A DNA stretch of 64,000 bases from NCBI RefSeq assembly GCF_009914755.1, contig NC_060941.1. One strand, written 5' to 3'. Each line of letters starts with the position of its first letter. Positions within the stretch are counted from its first letter, which is position 1. The translations under genes and the position numbers were made by a program. This document shows, one piece after another, positions 52,426 to 64,000 of the stretch. The notes under the pieces are model-generated. The model saw only the letters and a list, made by a program, of their open reading frames with translations. It ran no database searches and was not told the DNA's origin. Source of the stretch: the human T2T-CHM13v2.0 reference genome, Homo sapiens.

Positions 52426-54973
52426 GAATTCGTTGGAAACGGGATAATTTCAGCTGACTAAACAGAAGCAGTCTCAGAATCTTCTTTGTGATGTTTGCAT
52501 TCAAATCCCAGAGTTGAACTTTCCTTTCAAAGTTCACGTTTGAAACACTCTTTTTGCAGGATCTACAAGTGGATATTTGGACCACTCTGTGTCCTTCGTT
52601 CGAAACGGGTATATCTTCACATGACATCTAGACAGAAGCATTCTCAGAAGCTTCTCTGTGATGACTGCATTCAACTCACGGAGTTGAACACTCCTTTTGA
52701 GAGCGCAGTTTTGAAACTCTCTTTCTGTGGCATCTGCAAGGGGACATGTAGACCTCTTTGAAGATTTCGTTGGAAACGGAATCATCTTCACATAAAAACT
52801 ATACAGATGCATTCTCAGGAACTTTTTGGTGATGTTTGTATTCAACTCCCAGTGTTGAACTTTCCTTTGGAAAGAGCAGCTATGAAACACTCTTTTTCTA
52901 GAATCTGCAAGTGGACGTTTGGAGGGCTTTGTGGTTTGTGGTGGAAAAGGAAATATCTTCACCTAAATACTAGATAGAAGCATTCTCAGAAACTGCTTTG
53001 TGATGATTGCATTCACCTCACAGAGTTGAACATTCCTATTGATAGAGCAGTTTGGAAACACTCTTGTTGTGGAATGTGCAAGTGGAGATTTGGAGCGCTT
53101 TGAGGCCTATGGTAGTAAAGGGAATAGCTTCATAGAAAAACTAGACAGAAGCATTCTCAGAAAATACTTTGTGATGATTGAGTTTAACTCACAGAGCTGA
53201 ACATTCCTTTGGATGGAGCAGGTTTGAGACACACTTTTTGTAGAATCTACAAGTGGATATTTGGACCTCTCTGAGGATTTCATTGGAAACGCGATAACTG
53301 CACCTAACTAAACGGAAGCATTCTCAGAAACTTCTTGGTGATGTTTGCATTCAAATCCCAGAGTTGAACCTTCCTGTGATAGTTCAGGTTTGAAACACTC
53401 TTTTTGTAGGATCTGCAAGTGGATATTTGGACCACTCTGTGGCCTTCGTTCGAAACGGGTACATCTTCACATAAAATCTAGACAGAAGCCTTCTCAGAAA
53501 CTTCTCTGTGATGATTGCATTCAACTCACAGATTTGAACCCTCCTATGGATAGAGCATTGTTGAAACTCTCTTTTTGTGGAATCTGCAAGTGGATATGTG
53601 CACCTCTCCGAAGATGTCTTTGGAAACGGGAATATCTTCACATAAAAACTAAACAGAAGCATTCTCAGAAACTTCTCTGTGATGTTTGTGTTCAACTCCC
53701 AGAGTTTCACATTGCTTTTCATAGAGTAGTTCTGAAACATGCTTTTCGTAGTGTCTGCAAGTGGACATTTGGAGCGCTTTCAGGCCTGTGGTGCAAAACG
53801 AACTATGGTCACATAAAAACTGGAGAGAAGCATTGTCAGAAACTTCTTTGTGATGATTGCATTCAACTCACAGAGATGAAGGTTCCTTTACAAACAGCAG
53901 TTTCCAAACACTCTTTCTGTGGAATCTGCAAGTGGATATTTGGACCTCTTTGAAGATTTCGTTGGAAACGGGAGAATCTTCACAGAAAAGCTAAACAGAA
54001 GCATTCTCAGAAACTTCTTTGTGATGCTTGCATTCAACTCACAGAGTTGAACTTTCCTTTCGAGAGAGAAGCTTTGAAACACTCTTTTTCCAGAATCTGC
54101 AAGTGGACATTTGGAGGGCTTTGAGGCCTGTGGTGGAAAAGGAATTAACTTCCCGTAAAAGCTAGATAGAAGCATTCTCAGAAACTACTTTGTGATGATT
54201 GCATTCAAGTCACAGAGTTGAACATTCCCTTTGACAGAGCAGTTTGGAAACTCTCTTTGTGTAGAATCTGCAAGTGGAGATATGGACCGCTTTGAGGCCT
54301 ATGGTAGTAAAGGAAATAGCTTCATATAAAAGCTAGACAGTAGCATACACAGAAAACTCTTGGTGACGACTGAGTTTAACTCACAGAGCTGAACATTCCT
54401 TTGGATGGAGCAGTTTCGAAACACACTATTTGTAGAATGTGCAAGTGGATATTTGGGCCTCTCTGAGGATTTCGTTGGAAACGGGATAAACCGCACAGAA
54501 CTAAAACAGAAGCATTCTCAGAACCCTCTTCGTGATGTTTGCATTCAACTCACAGTGCTGAACCTTTCTTTGATAGTTCAGCTTTGAAACACTCTTCTTG
54601 TAGAAACTGCAAGTGGATATTTGGTCCTCTCTGAGGATTTCGTTGGAAACGGGATAAACCGCACAGAACTAAACAGAAGCATTCTCAGAACCTTCTTCGT
54701 GATGTCTGCATTCAACTCACAGTGTGGAACCTTTCTTTGATAGTTCAGGTTTGAAACACTCTTTTTGTAGAAACTGCAAGGGGATAATTGCACTTCTTTG
54801 AGGCCTACCGTAGTAAAGGAAATAACTTCCTATAGAAAGAAGACAGAAGCTTTCTCAGAAAATTCTTTGGGATGATTGAGTGGAACTCACAGAGCTGAAC
54901 ATTCCTTGCGATGTAGCAGTTTAGAAACACACTTTCTGCAGAATCTGCAAGTGCATATTTGGACCTCTCTGAG
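52426..54973 (+). repeat. HOR unit 21: 15-mer, delta-N
   Basis: 2,548 bp; junction within 54458-54505. Confidence 0.92.
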
Positions 54974-57688
54974 GAATTCGTTGGAAACGGGATAATTTCA
55001 GCTGACTAAACAGAAGCAGTCTCAGAATCTTCTTTGTGATGTTTGCATTCAAATCCCAGAGTTGAACTTTCCTTTCAAAGTTCACGTTTGAAACACTCTT
55101 TTTGCAGGATCTACAAGTGGATATTTGGACCACTCTGTGTCCTTCGTTCGAAACGGGTATATCTTCACATGACATCTAGACAGAAGCATTCTCAGAAGCT
55201 TCTCTGTGATGACTGCATTCAACTCACGGAGTTGAACACTCCTTTTGAGAGCGCAGTTTTGAAACTCTGTTTCTGTGGCATCTGCAAGGGGACATGTAGA
55301 CCTCTTTGAAGATTTCGTTGGAAACGGAATCATCTTCACATAAAAACTATACAGATGCATTCTCAGGAACTTTTTGGTGATGTTTGTATTCAACTCCCAG
55401 AGTTGAACTTTCATTTGGAAAGAGCAGCTATGAAACACTCTTTTTCTAGAATCTGCAAGTGGACGTTTGGAGGGCTTTGTGGTTTGTGGTGGAAAAGGAA
55501 ATATCTTCACCTAAATACTAGATAGAAGCATTCTCAGAAACTGCTTTGTGATGATTGCATTCACCTCACAGAGTTGAACATTCCTATTGATAGAGCAGTT
55601 TGGAAACACTCTTGTTGTGGAATGTGCAAGTGGAGATTTGGAGCGCTTTGAGGCCTATGGTAGTAAAGGGAATAGCTTCATAGAAAAACTAGACAGAAGC
55701 ATTCTCAGAAAATACTTTGTGATGATTGAGTTTAACTCACAGAGCTGAACATTCCTTTGGATGGAGCAGGTTTGAGACACACTTTTTGTAGAATCTACAA
55801 GTGGATATTTGGACCTCTCTGAGGATTTCGTTGGAAACGCGATAACTGCACCTAACTAAACGGAAGCATTCTCAGAAACTTCTTGGTGATGTTTGCATTC
55901 AAATCCCAGAGTTGAACCTTCCTGTGATAGTTCAGGTTTGAAACACTCTTTTTGTAGGATCTGCAAGTGGATATTTGGACCACTCTGTGGCCTTCGTTCG
56001 AAACGGGTACATCTTCACATAAAATCTAGACAGAAGCCTTCTCAGAAACTTCTCTGTGATGATTGCATTCAACTCACAGATTTGAACCCTCCTATGGATA
56101 GAGCATTGTTGAAACTCTCTTTTTGTGGAATCTGCAAGTGGATATGTGGACCTCTCCGAAGATGTCTTTGGAAACGGGAATATCTTCACATAAAAACTAA
56201 ACAGAAGCATTCTCAGAAACTTCTCTGTGATGTTTGTGTTCAACTCCCAGAGTTTCACGTTGCTTTTCATAGAGTAGTTCTGAAACATGCTTTTCGTAGT
56301 GTCTGCAAGTGGACATTTGGAGCGCTTTCAGGCCTGTGGTGCAAAACGAATTATGGTCCCATAAAAACTGGAGAGAAGCATTGTCAGAAACTTCTTTGTG
56401 ATGATTGCATTCAACTCACAGAGATGAAGGTTCCTTTTCAAACAGCAGTTTCCAAACAGTCTTTCTGTGGAATCTGCAAGTGGATATTTGGACCTCTTTG
56501 AAGATTTCGTTGGAAACGGGAGAATCTTCACAGAAAAGCTAAACAGAATCATTCTCAGAAACTTCTTTGTGATGCTTGCATTCAACTCACAGAGTTGAAC
56601 TTTCCTTTCGAGAGAGAAGCTTTGAAACACTCTTTTTCCAGAATCTGCAAGTGGACATTTGGAGGGCTTTGAGGCCTGTGGTGGAAAAGGAATTAACTTC
56701 CCGTAAAAGCTAGATAGAAGCATTCTCAGAAACTACTTTGTGATGATTGCATTCAAGTCACAGAGTTGAACATTCCCTTTGACAGAGCAGTTTGGAAACT
56801 CTCTTTGTGTAGAATCTGCAAGTGGAGATATGGACCGCTTTGAGGCCTATGGTAGTAAAGGAAATAGCTTCATATAAAAGCTAGACAGTAGCATTCACAG
56901 AAAACTCTTGGTGACGACTGAGTTTAACTCACAGAGCTGAACATTCCTTTGGATGGAGCAGTTTCGAAACACACTATTTGTAGAATGTGCAAGTGGATAT
57001 TTGGGCCTCTCTGAGGATTTCGTTGGAAACGGGATAAACCGCACAGAACTAAACAGAAGCATTCTCAGAACCTTCTTCGTGATGTTTGCATTCAACTCAC
57101 AGTGTTGAACCTTTCTTTGATAGTTCAGGTTTGAAACGGTCTTTCTGTAGAAACTGCAAGAAGATATTTGGACCTCTCTGAGGATTTCGTTGGAAACGGG
57201 ATAAACCGCACAGAACTAAAACAGAAGCATTCTCAGAACCCTCTTCGTGATGTTTGCATTCAACTCACAGTGCTGAACCTTTCTTTGATAGTTCAGCTTT
57301 GAAACACTCTTCTTGTAGAAACTGCAAGTGGATATTTGGTCCTCTCTGAGGATTTCGTTGGAAACGGGATAAACCGCACAGAACTAAACAGAAGCATTCT
57401 CAAAACCTTCTTCGTGATGTCTGCATTCAACTCACAGTGTGGAACCTTTCTTTGATAGTTCAGGTTTGAAACACTCTTTTTGTAGAAACTGCAAGGGGAT
57501 AATTGCACTTCTTTGAGGCCTACCGTAGTAAAGGAAATAACTTCCTATAGAAAGAAGACAGAAGCTTTCTCAGAAAATTCTTTGGGATGATTGAGTGGAA
57601 CTCACAGAGCTGAACATTCCTTGCGATGTAGCAGTTTAGAAACACACTTTCTGCAGAATCTGCAAGTGCATATTTGGACCTCTCTGAG
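54974..57688 (+). repeat. HOR unit 22: 16-mer
   Basis: 2,715 bp. Confidence 0.93.
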
Positions 57689-60236
57689 GAATTCGTTGGA
57701 AACGGGATAATTTCAGCTGACTAAACAGAAGCAGTCTCAGAATCTTCTTTGTGATGTTTGCATTCAAATCCCAGAGTTGAACTTTCCTTTCAAAGTTCAC
57801 GTTTGAAACACTCTTTTTGCAGGATCTACAAGTGGATATTTGGACCACTCTGTGTCCTTCGTTCGAAACGGGTATACCTTCACATGACATCTAGACAGAA
57901 GCATCCTCAGAAGCTTCTCTGTGATGACTGCATTCAACTCACGGAGTTGAACACTCCTTTTGAGAGCGCAGTTTTGAAACTCTCTTTCTGTGGCATCTGC
58001 AAGGGGACATGTAGACCTCTTTGAAGATTTCGTTGGAAACGGAATCATCTTCACATAAAAACTATACAGATGCATTCTCAGGAACTTTTTGGTGATGTTT
58101 GTATTCAACTCCCAGAGTTGAACTTTCCTTTGGAAAGAGCAGCTATGAAACACTCTTTTTCTAGAATCTGCAAGTGGACGTTTGGAGGGCTTTGTGGTTT
58201 GTGGTGGAAAAGGAAATATCTTCACCTAAATACTAGATAGAAGCATTCTCAGAAACTGCTTTGTGATGATTGCATTCACCTCACAGAGTTGAACATTCCT
58301 ATTGATAGAGCAGTTTGGAAACACTCTTGTTGTGGAATGTGCAAGTGGAGATTTGGAGCGCTTTGAGGCCTATGGTAGTAAAGGGAATAGCTTCATAGAA
58401 AAACTAGACAGAAGCATTCTCAGAAAATACTTTGTGATGATTGAGTTTAACTCACAGAGCTGAACATTCCTTTGGATGGAGCAGGTTTGAGACACACTTT
58501 TTGTAGAATCTACAAGTGGATATTTGGACCTCTCTGAGAATTTCGTTGGAAACGCGATAACTGCACCTAACTAAACGGAAGCATTCTCAGAAACTTCTTG
58601 GTGATGTTTGCATTCAAATCCCCGAGTTGAACCTTCCTGTGATAGTTCAGGTTTGAAACACTCTTTTTGTAGGATCTGCAAGTGGATATTTGGACCACTC
58701 TGTGGCCTTCGTTCGAAACGGGTACATCTTCATATAAAATCTAGACAGAAGCCTTCTCAGAAACTTCTCTGTGATGATTGCATTCAACTCACAGATTTGA
58801 ACCCTCCTATGGATAGAGCATTGTTGAAACTCTCTTTTTGTGGAATCTGCAAGTGGTTATGTGGACCTCTCCGAAGATGTCTTTGGAAACGGGCATATCT
58901 TCACCTAAAAACTAAACAGAAGCATTCTCAGAAACTTCTCTGTGATGTTTGTGTTCAACTCCCAGAGTTTCACATTGCTTTTCATAGAGTAGTTCTGAAA
59001 CATGCTTTTCGTAGTGTCTGCAAGTGGACATTTGGAGCGCTTTCAGGCCTGTGGTGCAAAACGAATTATGGTCCCATAAAAACTGGAGAGAAGCATTGTC
59101 AGAAACTTCTTTGTGATGATTGCATTCAACCCACAGAGATGAAGGTTCCTTTTCAAACAGCAGTTTCCAAACAGTCTTTCTGTGGAATCTGCAAGTGGAT
59201 ATTTGGACCTCTTTGAAGATTTCGTTGGAAACGGGAGAATCTTCACAGAAAAGCTAAACAGAAACATTCTCAGAAACTTCTTTGTGATGCTTGCATTCAA
59301 CTCACAGAGTTGAACTTTCCTTTCGAGAGAGAAGCTTTGAAACACTCTTTTTCCAGAATCTGCAAGTGGACATTTGGAGGGCTTTGAGGCCTGTGGTGGA
59401 AAAGGAATTAACTTCCCATAAAAGCTAGGTAGAAGCATTCTCAGAAACTACTTTGTGATGATTGCATTCACGTCACAGAGTTGAACATTCCCTTTGACAG
59501 AGCAGTTTGGAAACTCTCTTTGTGTAGAATCTGCAAGTGGAGATATGGACCGCTTTGAGGCCTATGGTAGTAAAGGAAATAGCTTCATATAAAAGCTAGA
59601 CAGTAGAATTCACAGAAAACTCTTGGTGACGACTGAGTTTAACTCACAGAGCTGAACATTCCTTTGGATGGAGCAGTTTCGAAACACACTATTTGTAGAA
59701 TGTGCAAGTGGATATTTGGGCCTTTCTGAGGATTTCGTTGGAAACGGGATAAACCGCACAGAACTAAAACAGAAGCATTCTCAGAACCTTCTTCGTGATG
59801 TTTGCATTCAACTCACAGTGTTGAACCTTTCTTTCACAGTTCAGCTTTGACACACTCTTTTTGTAGAAACTGCAAGTGGATATTTGGTTCTCTCTGAGGA
59901 TTTCGTTGGAAACGGGATAAACTGCACAGAACTAAACAGAAGCATTCTCAGAACCTTCTTCGTGATGTCTGCATTCAACTCACAGTGTGGAACCTTTCTT
60001 TGATAGTTCAGGTTTGAAACACTCTTTTTGTAGAAACTGCAAGGGGATAATTGCACTTCTTTGAGGCCTACCGTAGTAAAGGAAATAACTTCCTATAAAA
60101 AGAAGACAGAAGCTTTCTCAGAAAATTCTTTGGGATGATTGAGTTGAACTCACAGAGCTGAACATTCCTTGCGATGTAGCAGTTTAGAAACCCACTTTCT
60201 GCAGAATCTGCAAGTGCATATTTGGACCTCTCTGAG
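57689..60236 (+). repeat. HOR unit 23: 15-mer with a diverged N/O monomer and an extra EcoRI site
   Basis: 2,548 bp; single N/O-like monomer at ~59771-59938; new GAATTC at 59606-59611. Confidence 0.88.
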
Positions 60237-61762
60237 GAATTCGTTGGAAACGGGATAATTTCAGCTGACTAAACAGAAGCAGTCTCAGAATCTTCTTTGT
60301 GATGTTTGCATTCAAATCCCAGAGTTGAACTTTCCTTTCAAAGTTCACGTTTGAAACACTCTTTTTGTAGGATCTGCAAGTGGATATTTGGACCACTCTG
60401 TGGCCTTCATTCGAAACAGGTACATCTTCACATAAAATCTAGACAGAAACCTTCTCAGAAACTTCTCTGTGATGATTGCATTCAACTCACAGATTTGAAC
60501 CCTCCTATGGATAGAGCATTGTTGAAACTCTCTTTATGTGGAATCTGCAAGTGGATATGTGGACCTCTCCGAAGATGTCTTTGGAAACGGGCATATCTTC
60601 ACATAAAAACTAAACAGAAGCATTCTCAGAAACTTCTCTGTGATGTTTGTGTTCAACTCCCAGAGTTTCACGTTGCTTTTCATAGAGTAGTTCTGAAACA
60701 TGCTTTTCGTAGTGTCTGCAAGTGGACATTTGGAGCGCTTTCAGGCCTGTGGTGGAAAACGAATTATGGTCACATAAAAACTGGAGAGAAGCATTGTCAG
60801 AAACTTCTTTGTGATGATTGCATTCAACTCACAGGGTTGAAGGTTCCTTTTCAAAGAGCAGTTTCCAATCAGTCTGTGGAATCTGCAAGTGGATATTTGG
60901 ACCTCTTTGAAGATTTCGTTGGAAATGGGAGAATCTTCACAGAAAAGCTAAACAGAAGCATTCTCAGAAACTTCTTTGTGATGCTTGCATTCAACTCACA
61001 GAGTTGAACTTTCCTTTCGAGAGAGAAGCTTTGAAACACTCTTTTTCCAGAATCTGCAAGTGGACATTTGGAGGGCTTTGAGGCCTGTGGTGGAAAAGGA
61101 ATTATCTTCCCGTAAAAGCTAGATAGAAGCATTCTCAGAAACTACTTTGTGATGATTGCATTCAAGTCACAGAGTTGAACATTCCCTTTGACAGAGCAGT
61201 TTGGAAACTCTCTTTGTGTAGAATCTGCAAGTGGAGATATGGACCGCTTTGAGGCCTATGGTAGTAAAGGAAATAGCTTCATATAAAAGCTAGACAGTAG
61301 CATTCACAGAAAACTCTTGGTGACGAATGAGTTTAACTCAGAGAGCTGAACATTCCTTTGGATGGAGCAGTTTCGAAACACACTATTTGTAGAATGTGCA
61401 AGTGGATATTTGGGCCTCTCTGAGGATTTCGTTGGAAACGGGATAACCCGCACAGAACTAAACAGAAGCATTCTCAGAACCTTCTTCGTGATGTCTGCAT
61501 TCAACTCACAGTGTGGAACCTTTCTTTGATAGTTCAGGTTTGAAACACTCTTTTTGTAGAAACTGCAAGGGGATAATTGCACTTCTTTGAGGCCTACCGT
61601 AGTAAAGGAAATAACTTCCTATAGAAAGAAGACAGAAGCTTTCTCAGAAAATTCTTTGGGATGATTGAGTGGAACTCACAGAGCTGAACATTCCTTGCGA
61701 TGTAGCAGTTTAGAAACACACTTTCTGCAGAATCTGCAAGTGCATATTTGGACCTCTCCGAG
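60237..61762 (+). repeat. HOR unit 24: 9-mer, B/G hybrid plus delta-N,O (1,526 bp)
   Basis: 1,189 bp shorter = 850 (one pentamer; crossover within 60349-60367) + 4 (deletion in J at ~60874) + 335 (M to P junction within ~61415-61494). Confidence 0.9.
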
Positions 61763-64000
61763 GAATTCGTTGGAAACGGTATAATTTCAGCTGACTAAAC
61801 AGAAGCAGTCTCAGAATCTTCTTTGTGATGTTTGCATTCAAATCCCAGAGTTGAACTTTCCTTTCAAAGTTCACGTTTGAAACACTCTTTTTGCAGGATC
61901 TACAAGTGGATATTTGGACCACTCTGTGTCCTTCGTTCGAAACGGGTATATCTTCACATGACATCTAGACAGAAGCATTCTCAGAAGCTTCTCTGTGATG
62001 ACTGCATTCAACTCACGGAGTTGAACACTCCTTTTGAGAGCGCAGTTTTGAAACTCTCTTTCTGTGGCATCTGCAAGGGGACATGTAGACCTCTTTGAAG
62101 ATTTCGTTGGAAACGGAATCATCTTCACATAAAAACTATACAGATGCATTCTCAGGAACTTTTTGGTGATGTTTGTATTCAACTCCCAGAGTTGAACTTT
62201 CCTTTGGAAAGAGCAGCTATGAAACACTCTTTTTCTAGAATCTGCAAGTGGACGTTTGGAGGGCTTTGTGGTTTGTGGTGGAAAAGGAAATATCTTCACC
62301 TAAATACTAGATAGAAGCATTCTCAGAAACTACTTTGTGATGATTGCATTCACCTCACAGAGTTGAACATTCCTATTGATAGAGCAGTTTGGAAACACTC
62401 TTGTTGTGGAATGTGCAAGTGGAGATTTGGAGCGCTTTGAGGCCTATGGTAGTAAAGGGAATAGCTTCATAGAAAAACTAGACAGAAGCATTCTCAGAAA
62501 ATACTTTGTGATGATTGAGTTTAACTCACAGAGCTGAACATTCCTTTGGATGGAGCAGGTTTGAGACACACTTTTTGTAGAATCTACAAGTGGATATTTG
62601 GACCTCTCTGAGGATTTCGTTGGAAACGCGATAACTGCACCTAACTAAACGGAAGCATTCTCAGAAACTTCTTGGTGATGTTTGCATTCAAATCCCAGAG
62701 TTGAACCTTCCTGTGATAGTTCAGGTTTGAAACACTCTTTTTGTAGGATCTGCAAGTGGATATTTGGACCACTCTGTGGCCTTCGTTCCAAACGGGTACA
62801 TCTTCACATAAAATCTAGACAGAAGACTTCTCAGAACCTTCTCTGTGATGATTGCATTCAACTCACAGATTTGAACCCTCCTATGGATAGAACAGTGTTG
62901 AAACTCTCTTTTTGTGGAATCTGCAAGTGGATATGTGGACCTCTCCGAAGATGTCTTTGGAAACGGGAATATCTTCACCTAAAAACTAAACAGAAGCATT
63001 CTCAGAAACTTCTCTGTGATGTTTGTGTTCAACTCCCAGAGTTTCACATTGCTTTTCATAGAGTAGTTCTGAAACATGCTTTTCGTAGTGTCTGCAAGTG
63101 GACATTTGGAGCGCTTTCAGGCCTGTGGTGGAAAACGAATTATGGTCCCATAAAAACTGGAGAGAAGCATTGTCAGAAACTTCTTTGTGATGATTGCATT
63201 CAACTCACAGAGATGAAGGTTCCTTTACAAACAGCAGTTTCCAAACACTCTTTCTGTGGAATCTGCAAGTGGATATTTGGACCTCTTTGAAGATTTCGTT
63301 GGAAACGGGAGAATCTTCACAGAAAAGCTAAACAGAAGCATTCTCAGAAACTTCTTTGTGATGCTTGCATTCAACTCACAGAGTTGAACTTTCCTTTCGA
63401 GAGAGAAGCTTTGAAACACTCTTTTTCCAGAATCTGCAAGTGGACATTTGGAGGGCTTTGAGGCCTGTGGTGGAAAAGGAATTAACTTCCCGTAAAAGCT
63501 AGATAGAAGCATTCTCAGAAACTACTTTGTGATGATTGCATTCAAGTCACAGAGTTGAACATTCCCTTTGACAGAGCAGTTTGGAAACTCTCTTTCTGTA
63601 GAATCTGCAAGTGGAGATATGGACCGCTTTGAGGCCTATGGTAGTAAAGGAAATAGCTTCATATAAAAGCTAGACAGTAGCATTCACAGAAAACTCTTGG
63701 TGACGACTGAGTTTAACTCACAGAGCTGAACATTCCTTTGGATGGAGCAGTTTCGAAACACACTATTTGTAGAATGTGCAAGTGGATATTTGGGCCTCTC
63801 TGAGGATTTCGTTGGAAACGGGATAAACCGCACAGAACTAAACAGAAGCATTCTCAGAACCTTCTTCGTGATGTTTGCATTCAACTCACAGTGTTGAACC
63901 TTTCTTTGATAGTTCAGGTTTGAAACGGTCTTTCTGTAGAAACTGCAAGTAGATCTTTGGACCTCTCTGAGGATTTCGTTGGAAACGGGATAACCCACAC
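61763..64000 (+). repeat. HOR unit 25: partial, canonical order A to N
   Basis: Runs to the N CENP-B box at the window end. Confidence 0.9.

Larger units (their letters stand above)
1..64000 (+). repeat. D17Z1: Centromeric alpha-satellite HOR array, 16-mer (2,715 bp), SF3 pentameric type; most likely human chr17 D17Z1
   Basis: Continuous ~171-bp monomers with alphoid landmarks (CATTCTCAGAAAC, TGCATTCAACTCACAGAGTTGAAC, TCTGCAAGTGGATATTTGG) and CENP-B boxes. The ORF track recurs every 2,715 bp (13000, 15715, 18430, 21145, 23860...). One GAATTC per unit. A 2.7-kb EcoRI 16-mer with shorter variants is the established signature of D17Z1. Alpha satellite is certain; the locus name is by recognition. 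Confidence 0.93.

Noticed and set aside
60306-61007. Longest ORF (233 aa)
   Set aside because: Chance product of the B/G junction and a 4-bp deletion.
264-63998. Recurrent 60-202 aa ORFs on both strands (Cys/His-rich, superficially zinc-finger-like)
   Set aside because: 171 bp is divisible by 3, so alphoid monomers give periodic ~57-aa pseudo-repeats. ORFs overlap on both strands, open and close with random SNVs, and show no domain or gene structure.
1-64000. CRISPR-like pattern of conserved motifs with spacers
   Set aside because: The intervening sequences are homologous monomer parts rather than unique spacers, and no cas genes are present.
1-64000. L1/Alu insertion, inversion or non-satellite island
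   Set aside because: All unit lengths are fully explained by monomer losses and 1-4 bp indels. No poly-A, target-site duplication or strand switch was seen.
1-64000. Assignment to DXZ1 (12-mer), D11Z1 (5-mer), D1Z7 or D17Z1-B (14-mer)
   Set aside because: The dominant period is 16 monomers (2,715 bp) with a triplicated CENP-B monomer end.
1-64000. A novel gene-encoded biological system, or a claim that this is the active kinetochore site
   Set aside because: No coding or RNA-gene evidence. CENP-A occupancy is epigenetic and cannot be read from sequence.

Overview
The whole 64 kb is one uninterrupted, single-orientation array of primate centromeric alpha satellite (~167-171 bp monomers). It is organised as a 2,715-bp 16-monomer higher-order repeat (HOR) with an underlying pentameric (suprachromosomal family 3) layout and one EcoRI site per unit. 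This matches human chromosome 17 D17Z1, recognised from structure rather than by database search. I see no genes, RNA genes, CRISPR arrays, transposon insertions or inversions, and all ORFs are satellite artefacts. I found no evidence of a new gene-encoded system; the interesting content is structural. The 24 complete EcoRI-phased units are 14 16-mers, 5 15-mers, 3 13-mers, 1 12-mer and 1 9-mer, built from at least seven junction types. Shared SNVs reveal nested multi-HOR duplications (offsets about 2.0, 8.1, 15.4, 27.5 and 36 kb), two interleaved SNV haplotypes, CENP-B box losses, and a diverged island near 59.4-61.5 kb. Monomer labels are my own, with approximate starts in unit 1: B 871, C 1041, D 1212, E 1383, F 1554, G 1721, H 1891, I 2062, J 2233, K 2404, L 2575, M 2746, N 2914, O 3082, P 3249, A 3419 (A carries EcoRI). 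All comparisons were made by eye.
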